DNA of 64,000 nucleotides from the human T2T-CHM13v2.0 reference genome, Homo sapiens: the NCBI RefSeq assembly GCF_009914755.1, contig NC_060933.1; one strand, written 5' to 3'. Each line of letters begins with the position of its first letter. Within the stretch, counting starts at the first letter, position 1. A program made the position numbers and the translations under genes. The notes beneath the pieces were generated by a model that had not been told where the DNA came from, did no database searches, and saw only the letters and a program-made list of their open reading frames with translations. Below are positions 27,011-42,905 of the stretch, in pieces.

Positions 27011-30000
27011 GAATCAACGCGAGTGCAGGGGAATGGAATGGAATGGAATGCAATGGAATGGAATCTTCCGGAATGGAATGGAATGGAATGGAATGGCATG
27101 AAATGCAATGGATTCAACTCGATTGCAATGGAATGGAATAGAATGGAATGGAATGGAATGGAATGGAATTAACCCGAATAGAATGGAATGGAATGGAATG
27201 GAACGGAATGGAACGGAACGGAATGGAACGGAATGGAATGGAATGGAATGGAATGGAATGGAATGGAATGGAATGGTATGGAGTGGAATGGAATGGAATC
27301 AACACGAGTGCAGTGTAATGGAATCGAATGGAATGGAATGGAATGGAATGGATTCAACACGAATGGAATGGAAAGGAATGGAATAAACCCGCGTGGAATG
27401 GCATGGAATGGAGTGGAATGGAATGGAATGGAATGGAATGGAATCAACCCGAGTGCAATGTAATGGAATGGAATGGAATGGAATGGAATGGAATGGATTC
27501 AACCCGAATGGAATGGAAAGGAATGGAATAATCCCGAGTGGAATGGCATGAAGTGGAGTGGAATGGAATGGAATGGAATGGAATGGTACGGAATAGAATG
27601 GAATGGAACGAAATGGAATGGAATGGAATGGAATGGAATGAACCCGTGTGCAATGGAATGGAATCGAATGGAATGGAATGGATTGGAATGGATTCAACTC
27701 GAATGGAATGGAAAGGAATGGAATCAACCCGAGTGGAATGGCATGGAATGGAATGGAATGGAATGGAATGGAATGGAATGGAATGGTACGGAATAGAATG
27801 GAAAGGAACGAAATGGAATGGAATGAAATGGAATGGAATGGAATGGAATGGAATGGAATGGAATGGAATGGAATCAACCCGAGTGCAGGGGAATGGAATG
27901 GAATTGAAGGCAATGGAATGGAATCATCCGGAATTGAATGGAATGGAATGGAATCAACTCGATTGCAATGGAATGGAATGGAATGGAATGGAATGGAATG
28001 GAATGGAATGGAATTAACCAGAATAGAATGGAATGGAATGGAATGGAAGTAAATGGAATGGAAGGTAATGAACCCGAGTGCAGGGGAATGGAATGGAATG
28101 GAATGCAATGAAATGGAGTCATCCGGAATGGAACGGAAAGGAATGGAATGGAACCAACCCGTGTGCAATGGAATTGAAAGGAATGGAATTGAATGGAATG
28201 GAATGGAATGGAATGGAATGGAATGGAATGGAATGGAATGGAATGGATTCAACCCGAATGGAATGGAAAGGAAGGGAATCAACCCAAGTGGAATGGCATG
28301 GAATGGAATGGATTGGAATGGAATGGAATGGTACCGAATGGAATGGAATGGAATGGTACCGAATAGAATGGAATGGAACGAAATGGAACGGAATGGAATG
28401 GAATGGAATGGAATGGAGTGAACACGTGTGCAATGGATTGGAATGGAATGGAATGGAATGGAATGGAATGGAATGGGTTCGACTCGAATGGAACGGAATG
28501 TAATGAAATCAACCCGAGTGGAATGGCATGGAATGGAATGGAATGGAATGGAATGGAATGGAATGGAAACAACACGAGTGCAATGTAATGGAATCGAATG
28601 GAATGGAATGCAATGGATTCAACCCGAATGGAATGGAAACGAATGGAATAAAACCGAGTGGAATGGCATGGAATGGAGTCTAATGGAATGGAATGGAATG
28701 GAATGGTATGGAATAGAATGGAATGGAACGAAATGGAATGGAATGGAATGGAATGAAATGAACCCGTGTGCAATGGAATGGAATGGAATGGAATGGAATG
28801 GAATGGATTCAACTCGAATGGAATGGAAAGGAATGGAATCAACCCGAGTGGAATGGCATGGAATGGAATGGAATGGAATGGAATTAACCCTAATAGAATG
28901 GAATGGAATGGAATGGAATGGAATGGAATGGAATGGAAGGAAATGGAATGGAATGGAATGGAATGGAATGGAATGGAATGGAATGGTACGGAATAGAATG
29001 GAATGGAACGAAATGGAATGGAATGGAATGGAATGGGATGGAATGGAATGGAATGGAATCAACCCGAGTGCAGGGGAATGGAATGGAATGGAAGGCAATG
29101 GAATGACATCATTCGGAATTGAATGGAATGGAATGGAATGGAATGGAATCAACTCGATTGGAATGGAATGGAATGGAATGGAATGGAATGGAATGGAATG
29201 GAATGGAATGGAAGTGAATGGAATGGAATGTAATGAAACCGAGTGCAGGGGAATGGAATGGAATGGAATGCAATGGAATGGAGTCATCCGGAATGGAACG
29301 GAATGGAATGGAATGGAATCAACCCGAGTGCAATGGAATGGAATGGAATGGAAAGGAATGGAATGGAATGGACTCAACCCGAATGGAATGGAAAGGAATG
29401 GAATCAACCCGAGAGGAATGGCATGGAATGGAATGGAATGGAATGGAGTGGAATGGTACAGAATAGAATGTAATGGAACGAAATGGAATGGAATGGAATG
29501 GAATGGAATGGAATCATTCCGAGTGGAATAGAAGGGAATGTTTTCGAGTGGAATGAAAAGGAATGGAATCAACCAGAGTGGAATGGAATGGAATCGAGTG
29601 GAATGGAATGCAATCGAATGGAATGGAAAGGAATAGAATGGAATCAACCCGAGTGGAATGGAATGGAAAGGACTGGAATGGAATGGAATGGAATGCAATG
29701 GAATCAACTCGATTGCAATGAAATGGAATGGAATGGAATGGAATGGAATGGAATTAACCGGAATAGAATGGAATTGAATGGAATGGAAAGGAATGGAATG
29801 GAATAGAATGGAATGGAATGGATTCAACTCGAATGGAATGGAAAGGAATGGAATCAACCCGAGTGGAATGGCATGGAACGGAATGGAATGGAATGGAATG
29901 GAATGGAATTAACCCTAATAGAATGGAATGGAATGGAATGGAATGGAATGGAATGGAATGGAATGGAAGGAAATGGAATGGAATGGAATGGAATGGAATG

Positions 30001-33000
30001 GAATGGAATGGAAGGAAATGGAATGGAATGGAATGGAATGGAATGGAATGGAATGGAAGGAAATGGAATGGAATGGAATGGAATGGAAAGGAATGGAATG
30101 GAATGGAATGGAAGGAAATGGAATGGAATGGAATGGAATGGAATGGAATGGAATGGAATGGTACGGAATAGAATGGAATGGAACGAAATGGAATGGAATG
30201 GAATGGAATGGAATGGAATGGAATGGAATGGAAGTGAATGGAATGGAATGTAATGAAACCGAGTGCAGGGGAATGGAATGGAATGGAATGCAATGGAATG
30301 GAGTCATCCGGAATGGAACGGAATGGAATGGAATGGAATCAACCCGAGTGCAATGGAATGGAATGGAATGGAAAGGAATGGAATGGAATGGATTCAACCC
30401 GAATGGAATGGAAAGGAATGGAATCAACCCGAGAGGAATGGCATGGAATGGAATGGAATGGAATGGAGTGGAATGGTACGGAATAGAATGTAATGGAACG
30501 AAACGGAATGGAATGGAATGGAATGGAATGGAATGGAATGGAATCATTCCGAGTGGAATAGAAGGGAATGTTTTCGAGTGGAATGAAAAGGAATGGTATC
30601 AACCAGAGTGGAATGGAATGGAATCGAATGGAATGGAAAGGAATAGAATGGAATCAACCCGAGTGGAATGGAATGGAAAGGACTGGAATGGAATGGAATG
30701 GAATGCAATGGAATCAACACGATTGCAATGAAATGGAATGGAATGGAATGGAATGGAATGGAATGGAATGGAATAGAATGGAAAGGAATCACTCCAAGTG
30801 CAGGGGAATTTAATGGAATGGAATGCAGTGGAATGGAATCATCCGGAATGGAATGGAATGGAATGGAATGGAACGGAATGGAATGGAATCAACTCGAATT
30901 CAATGGAATGGAAAGGAATGGAATGGAATGGAATGCAATGGAATCGTACGGAATAGAATGGAATGGAACGAAATGGAATGTAATGGAATGGAATGGAATG
31001 GAATGGAATGGAACGGAATGGAATGGAATGAACCCGCGTGCAATGGAATGGAACGGAATGGAATGGAATGGAATGGAATGGAATGGAATGGGTTCAACTC
31101 GAATGGAATGGAAAGGAATGGAATCAACACGAGTGGAATGGCATGGAATGGAATGGAATTGAATGAAATGGAATGGAATGGAATGGAATGAAATGTAATG
31201 GAATGGAAAGGAATGGAATCAACACGAGTGGAATGGCATGGAATGGAATGGAATTGAATGAAATGGAATGGAATGGAATGGAATGAAATGTAATGGAATG
31301 GAATGGAATGGAATCAACCCGAGTGCAATGTAATGGAATCGAATGGAATGGAATGGAATGGATTCAACCCGAATGGAATTAAAAGGAATGGAATATACCC
31401 GAGTGGAATGGCATGGAATGGAGTGGAATGGAATGGAATGGAATGGAATGGAATGGTACGGAATAGAATGGAATGTAACGAAATGGAATGTAAGGGAATG
31501 GAATGGAATGGAATGGAATGAACCCGTGTGCAATGGAATGGAATGGAATGGAATGGAATGGAATGGAATGGATTCAACTCTAATGGAATGGAAGGGAATG
31601 GAATCAACGCGAGTGGAATGGCATGGAATGGAATGGAATGGAATGGAATGGAAGTAAATGGAATGGAATGGAATGAACCCGAGTGCAGGGGAATGGAATG
31701 GAATGGAATGGAATGGAATGGAATGGAATTGAATGGAATGGAATGGAATGCAGTGGAATGGAATCAAACCTAGTGCAATTGAATGGAATGGAATGGAATG
31801 GAATGGAATGGAATGGAATGGAATGGAATGGATTCAACCCAAATGGAATGGAAAGCAATGGAATCAACCCGAGTGGAATGGCATGGAATGGAATGGAATG
31901 GAATGTAATGGAATGGAATGGAATGGAATGGAATGGTACGGAATAAAATGGAATGGAACGAAATGGAATGGAATGGAACGGAATAGAATGGAATCATTCC
32001 GAGTGGAATAGAAGGGAATGAATTCGAGTGGAATGGAAAGGAATGGAATCAACCAGAGTGGAATGGAAGGGAATGGAATGGAATGGAAACTAATAAAATG
32101 GAATCAACACGAGTGGAATGGAATGGAAAGGACTTGAATGGAATGGAATGGAATGGAATGGAATCAAGTCGATTGCAATGGAATGTAATGGAATGGAGTG
32201 GAATGGAATTAACGCGAATAGAATGGAATGGAATGGAATGGAATGGAATGGAATGGAATGGAATGGAATGGAATGGAATCAACCTGAGTGCAGGGGAATG
32301 GAATGCAATGGAATGCAATGGAATGGAATGGAATGGAATGGAATCAACGCGAGTGCAGGGGAATGGAATGTAATGGAATGCAATGGAATGGAATCTTCCG
32401 GAATGGAATGGAATGGAATGGAATCAACCCGAGTGCAATGGAATGGAGTGGAATGGAATGGAATGGAATTGAACAACACGAATGCAATCGAATGTAATGG
32501 AGAGTAAGGGAGTTGAATAGAATCAATCCGAATGTAATGGAATGGAATGGAACGGAATGGAATTGAATGGTATGGAATGGAATGCAATGGAATGGAATCA
32601 ACCCGAGTGCAATGGAATGGAGAGGAATGGAGTGGAAACTACCCGAATGGAATGGAATGTAATGGAGTGTAAGGGAATTGAATAGAATCAATCCGAATGT
32701 AATGGAATGGAATGGAACGGAATGGAATGGAATGGAATGGAATGGAATGGAATGGAATGGAATACAATGGAATGGAATCAACCCGAGTGCAATCGAATGG
32801 AATCGAATGTAATGGAATGCAATGGAATGGATTCAACTTGAATGGAATGGAAAGAATGGAATCAATACGAGTGGAATGGCATGGATTGGAATGGAATGGA
32901 ATGGAATCAACCCGAGTACAGGGGAATGGAATGGAATGGAATGCAATGGAATGGAATCATCCGTAATGTAATGGAAAGGAATGGAATGGAATGGAATGGA

Positions 33001-35159
33001 ATGGAATGGAATGGAATGGAATGGAATCAACTCGATTGCAGTCGAATGGAATGGAATGGAATTAACCCAAATAGAATGGAATGGAATGGAATGGAATGGA
33101 ACGGAAAGGAATGGAATGGAATGGAATGGAATAGAATGGAATGGAACGGAACGGAATGGAACGGAATGGAATGGAATGGAATGGAATGGAATGGAATGGA
33201 ATGGAATCAACGCGAGTGCAGGGGAATGGAATGGAATGGAATGCAATGGAATGGAATCTTCCGGAATGGAATGGAATGGAATGGAATGGCATGAAATGCA
33301 ATGGATTCAACTCGATTGCAATGGAATGGAATGGAATGGAATGGAATGGAATGGAATGGAATTAACCCGAATAGAATGGAATGGAATGGAATGGAACGGA
33401 ATGGAACGGAATGGAATGGAATGGAATGGAATGGAATGGTATGGAGTGGAATGGAATGGAATCAACACGAGTGCAGTGTAATGGAATCGAATGGAATGGA
33501 ATGGAATGGAATGGATTCAACACGAATGGAATGGAAAGGAATGGAATAAACCCGCGTGGAATGGCATGGAATGGAGTGGAATGGAATGGAATGGAATGGA
33601 ATGGAATCAACCCGAGTGCAATGTAATGGAATCGAATGGAATGGAATGGAATGGAATGGATTCAACCCGAATGGAATGGAAAGGAATGGAATAATCCCGA
33701 GTGGAATGGCATGAAGTGGAGTGGAATGGAATGGAATGGAATGGAATGGAATGGTACGGAATAGAATGGAATGGAACGAAATGGAATGGAATGGAATGGA
33801 ATGGAATGGAATGGAATGGAATGAACCCGTGTGCAATGGAATGGAATCGAATGGAATGGAATGGATTGGAATGGATTCAACTCGAATGGAATGGAAAGGA
33901 ATGGAATGAACACGAGTGGAATGGCATGGAATGGAATGGAATGGAATGGAATGGAATGGAATGGTACGGAATAGAATGGAAAGGAACGAAATGGAATGGA
34001 ATGAAATGGAATGGAATGGAATGGAATGGAATGGAATGGAATCAACCCGAGTGCAGGGGAATGGAATGGAATTGAAGGCAATGGAATGGAATCATCCGGA
34101 ATTGAATGGAATGGAATGGAATCAACTCGATTGCAATGGAATGGAATGGAATGGAATGGAATGGAATGGAATGGAATGGAATGGAATGGAATGGAATTAA
34201 CCCGAATAGAATGGAATGGAATGGAATGGAAGTAAATGGAATGGAAGGTAATGAACCCGAGTGCAGGGGAATGGAATGGAATGGAATGCAATGAAATGGA
34301 GTCATCCGGAATGGAACGGAAAGGAATGGAATGGAACCAACCCGTGTGCAATGGAATTGAAAGGAATGGAATGGAATGGAATGGAATGGAATGGAATGGA
34401 ATGGAATGGATTCAACCCGAATGGAATGGAAAGGAAGGGAATCAACCCAAGTGGAATGGCATGGAATGGAATGGATTGGAATGGAATGGAATGGTACCGA
34501 ATGGAATGGAATGGAATGGTACCGAATAGAATGGAATGGAACGAAATGGAACGGAATGGAATGGAATGGAATGGAATGGAGTGAACACGTGTGCAATGGA
34601 TTGGAATGGAATGGAATGGAATGGAATGGAATGGAATGGGTTCGACTCGAATGGAACGGAATGTAATGAAATCAACCCGAGTGGAATGGCATGGAATGGA
34701 ATGGAATGGAATGGAATGGAATGGAAACAACACGAGTGCAATGTAATGGAATCGAATGGAATGGAATGCAATGGATTCAACCCGAATGGAATGGAAACGA
34801 ATGGAATAAAACCGAGTGGAATGGCATGGAATGGAGTCTAATGGAATGGAATGGAATGGAATGGTATGGAATAGAATGGAATGGAACGAAATGGAATGGA
34901 ATGGAATGGAATGAAATGAACCCGTGTGCAATGGAATGGAATGGAATGGAATGGAATGGAATGGATTCAACTCGAATGGAATGGAAAGGAATGGAATCAA
35001 CCCGAGTGGAATGGCATGGAATGGAATGGAATGGAATGGAATTAACCCTAATAGAATGGAATGGAATGGAATGGAATGGAATGGAATGGAAGGAAATGGA
35101 ATGGAATGGAATGGAATGGAATGGAATGGAATGGAATGGTACGGAATAGAATGGAATGG

Positions 35160-35430
35160 AACGAAATGGAATGGAATGGAATGGAATGGGATGGAATGGA
35201 ATGGAATGGAATCAACCCGAGTGCAGGGGAATGGAATGGAATGGAAGGCAATGGAATGACATCATTCGGAATTGAATGGAATGGAATGGAATGGAACGAA
35301 ATGGAATGGAATGGAATGGAATGGGATGGAATGGAATGGAATGGAATCAACCCGAGTGCAGGGGAATGGAATGGAATGGAAGGCAATGGAATGACATCAT
35401 TCGGAATTGAATGGAATGGAATGGAATGGA
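35160..35430 (+). repeat. 135 bp tandem duplication
   Basis: AACGAAATGG...GGGATGG...GAAGGCAATGGAATGACATCATTCGGAATTG occurs twice, with ACATCATTCG at 35259 and 35394. Confidence 0.92.
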
Positions 35431-38400
35431 ATGGAATCAACACGATTGGAATGGAATGGAATGGAATGGAATGGAATGGAATGGAATGGAATGGAAGTGA
35501 ATGGAATGGAATGGAATGAAACCGAGTGCAGGGGAATGGAATGGAATGGAATGCAATGGAATGGAGTCATCCGGAATGGAACGGAATGGAATGGAATGGA
35601 ATCAACCCGAGTGCAATGGAATGGAATGGAATGGAAAGGAATGGAATGGAATGGACTCAACCCGAATGGAATGGAAAGGAATGGAATCAACCCGAGAGGA
35701 ATGGCATGGAATGGAATGGAATGGAATGGAGTGGAATGGTACAGAATAGAATGTAATGGAACGAAATGGAATGGAATGGAATGGAATGGAATGGAATCAT
35801 TCCGAGTGGAATAGAAGGGAATGTTTTCGAGTGGAATGAAAAGGAATGGAATCAACCAGAGTGGAATGGAATGGAATCGAGTGGAATGGAATGCAATCGA
35901 ATGGAATGGAAAGGAATAGAATGGAATCAACCCGAGTGGAATGGAATGGAAAGGACTGGAATGGAATGGAATGGAATGCAATGGAATCAACTCGATTGCA
36001 ATGAAATGGAATGGAATGGAATGGAATGGAATGGAATTAACCGGAATAGAATGGAATTGAATGGAATGGAAAGGAATGGAATGGAATAGAATGGAATGGA
36101 ATGGATTCAACTCGAATGGAATGGAAAGGAATGGAATCAACCCGAGTGGAATGGCATGGAACGGAATGGAATGGAATGGAATGGAATGGAATTAACCCTA
36201 ATAGAATGGAATGGAATGGAATGGAATGGAATGGAATGGAATGGAATGGAAGGAAATGGAATGGAATGGAACGGAATGGAATGGAATGGAATGGAATGGA
36301 ATGGAAGGAAATGGAATGGAATGGAATGGAATGGAATGGAATGGAATGGAATGGAATGGAAGGAAATGGAATGGAATGGAATGGAATGGAATGGAATGGA
36401 ATGGAATGGAATGGAAGGAAATGGAATGTAATGGAATGGAATGGAATGGAATGGAATGGAATGGAATGGTACGGAATAGAATGGAATGGAACGAAATGGA
36501 ATGGAATGGAATGGAATGGAATGGAATGGAATGGAATGGAAGTGAATGGAATGGAATGTAATGAAACCGAGTGCAGGGGAATGGAATGGAATGGAATGCA
36601 ATGGAATGGAGTCATCCGGAATGGAACGGAATGGAATGGAATGGAATCAACCCGAGTGCAATGGAATGGAATGGAATGGAAAGGAATGGAATGGAATGGA
36701 TTCAACCCGAATGGAATGGAAAGGAATGGAATCAACCCGAGAGGAATGGCATGGAATGGAATGGAATGGAATGGAGTGGAATGGTACGGAATAGAATGTA
36801 ATGGAACGAAACGGAATGGAATGGAATGGAATGGAATGGAATGGAATGGAATCATTCCGAGTGGAATAGAAGGGAATGTTTTCGAGTGGAATGAAAAGGA
36901 ATGGTATCAACCAGAGTGGAATGGAATGGAATCGAATGGAATGGAAAGGAATAGAATGGAATCAACCCGAGTGGAATGGAATGGAAAGGACTGGAATGGA
37001 ATGGAATGGAATGCAATGGAATCAACTCGATTGCAATGAAATGGAATGGAATGGAAGGGAATGGAATGGAATGGAATGGAATGGAATAGAATGGAAAGGA
37101 ATCACTCCAAGTGCAGGGGAATTTAATGGAATGGAATGCAGTGGAATGGAATCATCCGGAATGGAATGGAATGGAATGGAATGGAACGGAATGGAATGGA
37201 ATCAACTCGAATTCAATGGAATGGAAAGGAATGGAATGGAATAGAATGCAATGGAATCGTACGGAATAGAATGGAATGGAACGAAATGGAATGTAATGGA
37301 ATGGAATGGAATGGAATGGAATGGAATGGAACGGAATGGAATGGAATGAACCCGCGTGCAATGGAATGGAACGGAATGGAATGGAATGGAATGGAATGGA
37401 ATGGAATGGGTTCAACTCGAATGGAATGGAAAGGAATGGAATCAACACGAGTGGAATGGCATGGAATGGAATGGAATTGAATGAAATGGAATGGAATGGA
37501 ATGGAATGAAATGTAATGGAATGGAAAGGAATGGAATCAACACGAGTGGAATGGCATGGAATGGAATGGAATTGAATGAAATGGAATGGAATGGAATGGA
37601 ATGAAATGTAATGGAATGGAATGGAATGGAATCAACCCGAGTGCAATGTAATGGAATCGAATGGAATGGAATGGAATGGATTCAACCCGAATGGAATTAA
37701 AAGGAATGGAATATACCCGAGTGGAATGGCATGGAATGGAGTGGAATGGAATGGAATGGAATGGAATGGAATGGTACGGAATAGAATGGAATGTAACGAA
37801 ATGGAATGTAAGGGAATGGAATGGAATGGAATGGAATGAACCCGTGTGCAATGGAATGGAATGGAATGGAATGGAATGGAATGGAATGGAATGGATTCAA
37901 CTCTAATGGAATGGAAGGGAATGGAATCAACGCGAGTGGAATGGCATGGAATGGAATGGAATGGAATGGAATGGAAGTAAATGGAATGGAATGGAATGAA
38001 CCCGAGTGCAGGGGAATGGAATGGAATGGAATGGAATGGAATGGAATGGAATTGAATGGAATGGAATGGAATGCAGTGGAATGGAATCAAACCTAGTGCA
38101 ATTGAATGGAATGGAATGGAATGGAATGGAATGGAATGGAATGGAATGGAATGGATTCAACCCAAATGGAATGGAAAGCAATGGAATCAACCCGAGTGGA
38201 ATGGCATGGAATGGAATGGAATGGAATGTAATGGAATGGAATGGAATGGAATGGAATGGTACGGAATAAAATGGAATGGAACGAAATGGAATGGAATGGA
38301 ACGGAATAGAATGGAATCATTCCGAGTGGAATAGAAGGGAATGAATTCGAGTGGAATGGAAAGGAATGGAATCAACCAGAGTGGAATGGAAGGGAATGGA

Positions 38401-41400
38401 ATGGAATGGAAACTAATAAAATGGAATCAACACGAGTGGAATGGAATGGAAAGGACTTGAATGGAATGGAATGGAATGGAATGGAATCAAGTCGATTGCA
38501 ATGGAATGTAATGGAATGGAGTGGAATGGAATTAACGCGAATAGAATGGAATGGAATGGAATGGAATGGAATGGAATGGAATGGAATGGAATGGAATGGA
38601 ATGGAATCAACCTGAGTGCAGGGGAATGGAATGCAATGGAATGCAATGGAATGGAATGGAATGGAATGGAATCAACGCGAGTGCAGGGGAATGGAATGTA
38701 ATGGAATGCAATGGAATGGAATCTTCCGGAATGGAATGGAATGGAATGGAATCAACCCGAGTGCAATGGAATGGAGTGGAATGGAATGGAATGGAATTGA
38801 ACAACACGAATGCAATCGAATGTAATGGAGAGTAAGGGAGTTGAATAGAATCAATCCGAATGTAATGGAATGGAATGGAACGGAATGGAATTGAATGGTA
38901 TGGAATGGAATGCAATGGAATGGAATCAACCCGAGTGCAATGGAATGGAGAGGAATGGAGTGGAAACTACCCGAATGGAATGGAATGTAATGGAGTGTAA
39001 GGGAATTGAATAGAATCAATCCGAATGTAATGGAATGGAATGGAACGGAATGGAATGGAATGGAATGGAATGGAATGGAATACAATGGAATGGAATCAAC
39101 CCGAGTGCAATCGAATGGAATCGAATGTAATGGAATGCAATGGAATGGATTCAACTTGAATGGAATGGAAAGAATGGAATCAATACGAGTGGAATGGCAT
39201 GGATTGGAATGGAATGGAATGGAATCAACCCGAGTACAGGGGAATGGAATGGAATGGAATGCAATGGAATGGAATCATCCGTAATGTAATGGAAAGGAAT
39301 GGAATGGAATGGAATGGAATGGAATGGAATGGAATGGAATGGAATCAACTCGATTGCAGTCGAATGGAATGGAATGGAATTAACCCAAATAGAATGGAAT
39401 GGAATGGAATGGAATGGAACGGAAAGGAATGGAATGGAATGGAATGGAATAGAATGGAATGGAACGGAACGGAATGGAACGGAATGGAATGGAATGGAAT
39501 GGAATGGAATGGAATGGAATGGAATCAACGCGAGTGCAGGGGAATGGAATGGAATGGAATGCAATGGAATGGAATCTTCCGGAATGGAATGGAATGGAAT
39601 GGAATGGCATGAAATGCAATGGATTCAACTCGATTGCAATGGAATGGAATGGAATGGAATGGAATGGAATGGAATGGAATTAACCCGAATAGAATGGAAT
39701 GGAATGGAATGGAACGGAATGGAACGGAATGGAATGGAATGGAATGGAATGGAATGGTATGGAGTGGAATGGAATGGAATCAACACGAGTGCAGTGTAAT
39801 GGAATCGAATGGAATGGAATGGAATGTAATGGATTCAACACGAATGGAATGGAAAGGAATGGAATAAACCCGCGTGGAATGGCATGGAATGGAGTGGAAT
39901 GGAATGGAATGGAATGGAATGGAATCAACCCGAGTGCAATGTAATGGAATCGAATGGAATGGAATGGAATGGAATGGATTCAACCCGAATGGAATGGAAA
40001 GGAATGGAATAATCCCGAGTGGAATGGCATGAAGTGGAGTGGAATGGAATGGAATGGAATGGAATGGAATGGTACGGAATAGAATGGAATGGAACGAAAT
40101 GGAATGGAATGGAATGGAATGGAATGGAATGGAATGGAATGGAATGAACCCGTGTGCAATGGAATGGAATCGAATGGAATGGAATGGATTGGAATGGATT
40201 CAACTCGAATGGAATGGAAAGGAATGGAATGAACACGAGTGGAATGGCATGGAATGGAATGGAATGGAATGGAATGGAATGGAATGGTACGGAATAGAAT
40301 GGAAAGGAACGAAATGGAATGGAATGAAATGGAATGGAATGGAATGGAATGGAATGGAATGGAATCAACCCGAGTGCAGGGGAATGGAATGGAATTGAAG
40401 GCAATGGAATGGAATCATCCGGAATTGAATGGAATGGAATGGAATCAACTCGATTGCAATGGAATGGAATGGAATGGAATGGAATGGAATGGAATGGAAT
40501 GGAATGGAATGGAATGGAATTAACCCGAATAGAATGGAATGGAATGGAATGGAAGTAAATGGAATGGAAGGTAATGAACCCGAGTGCAGGGGAATGGAAT
40601 GGAATGGAATGCAATGAAATGGAGTCATCCGGAATGGAACGGAAAGGAATGGAATGGAACCAACCCGTGTGCAATGGAATTGAAAGGAATGGAATGGAAT
40701 GGAATGGAATGGAATGGAATGGAATGGAATGGAATGGAATGGATTCAACCCGAATGGAATGGAAAGGAAGGGAATCAACCCAAGTGGAATGGCATGGAAT
40801 GGAATGGATTGGAATGGAATGGAATGGTACCGAATGGAATGGAATGGAATGGTACCGAATAGAATGGAATGGAACGAAATGGAACGGAATGGAATGGAAT
40901 GGAATGGAATGGAGTGAACACGTGTGCAATGGATTGGAATGGAATGGAATGGAATGGAATGGAATGGAATGGGTTCGACTCGAATGGAACGGAATGTAAT
41001 GAAATCAACCCGAGTGGAATGGCATGGAATGGAATGGAATGGAATGGAATGGAATGGAAACAACACGAGTGCAATGTAATGGAATCGAATGGAATGGAAT
41101 GCAATGGATTCAACCCGAATGGAATGGAAACGAATGGAATAAAACCGAGTGGAATGGCATGGAATGGAGTCTAATGGAATGGAATGGAATGGAATGGTAT
41201 GGAATAGAATGGAATGGAACGAAATGGAATGGAATGGAATGGAATGAAATGAACCCGTGTGCAATGGAATGGAATGGAATGGAATGGAATGGAATGGATT
41301 CAACTCGAATGGAATGGAAAGGAATGGAATCAACCCGAGTGGAATGGCATGGAATGGAATGGAATGGAATGGAATTAACCCTAATAGAATGGAATGGAAT

Positions 41401-41639
41401 GGAATGGAATGGAATGGAATGGAAGGAAATGGAATGAAATGGAATGGAATGGAATGGAATGGAATGGAATGGTACGGAATAGAATGGAATGGAACGAAAT
41501 GGAATGGAATGGAATGGAATGGGATGGAATGGAATGGAATGGAATCAACCCGAGTGCAGGGGAATGGAATGGAATGGAAGGCAATGGAATGACATCATTC
41601 GGAATTGAATGGAATGGAATGGAATGGAATGGAATCAAC

Positions 41640-42905
41640 GCGAGTGCAGGGGAATGAAATGGAATGGAATGCAATGGAATGGAATCTTCCGGAATGGAAT
41701 GGAATGGAATGGAATAGAATGGAATGGAATGGAATGGAATGGAATCAACCCGAGTACAGGGGAATGGAATGGAATGTAATGTAATGGAATGGAATCATCC
41801 GTAATGGAATGGAAAGCAATGGAATGGAATGGAATGGAATGGAATGGAATGGAATCAACTGGATTGCAATCGAATGGAATGGAATGGAATTAACCCGAAT
41901 AGAATGGAATGGAATGGAACGGAACGGAACGGAATGGAATGGAATGGAATGGAACGGAACGGAATAGAATGGAATGGAATGGAATGGAATGGAATGGAAT
42001 CAACGCGAGTGCAGGGGAATGGAATGGAATGGAATGCAGTGGAATGGAATCTTCCGGAATGGAATGGAATGGAATGCAATGGATTCAACTCGATTGCAAT
42101 GGAATGGAATAGAATGGAATGGAATGGAATGGAATGGAATTAACCCGAATAAAATGGAATGGAATGGAATGGAACGGAACGGAACGGAACGGAACGGAAT
42201 GGAATGGAATGGAATGGAATGGAATGGTATGGAATGGAATGGAATGGTACGGAATAGAATGGAATGGAAAGAATTGGAATGGAATGGAATCGAATGGAAT
42301 GGAATGGAATGGAATGGAATCAACCCGAGTGCAGGGGAATGTAATGGAACGCAATGTAATGGAATGGAATCATCCGGAATGGAATGGAATGGAATGGAAT
42401 GGAATGGAATGGAATGGAACCAACTCGATTGTGATGGAATGGAATGGAATGGAATGGAATGGAATGGAATGGAATTAACCCGAATACAACGGAATGGAAT
42501 GGAATGGAACGGAATGGAGTGGAATGGAATGGAATCAACCCGAGTGCAGGGGAATGGAATGGAATGGAATGCAATGGAACGGAATCATCCGGAATGGAAT
42601 GGAATGGAATGGAATGCAAAGCAATGGAATCAACTCGATTGCAATGGAATGGAATGGAATGGAAAGGAATACATTGGAATCAACCCGAGTGGAATGGAAT
42701 GGAAAGGACTGGAATGGAGTGGAATGGAATGGAATGGAATGGAATGGAATCAACTCGATTGGAATGGAATGGAATGGAATGGAATGGAATGGAATGGAAT
42801 GGAATTAACCCGAATAGAATGGAATGGAATGGAATGGAATGGAACGGAATGGAATGGAATGGAATGGAATGGAATGGAATGGAAACAACCCGACTGCAGG
42901 GGAAT
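41640..42905 (+). repeat. ~1.27 kb segment of irregular-domain-type HSat3 embedded in the HOR array
   Basis: Contains TGCAAAGCAATGG (42615), AATACATTGG (42668) and CCCGACTGCAGG (PstI at 42894). These words are otherwise confined to 3171-20630 and to the duplicate at 52402-53305. Confidence 0.85.
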
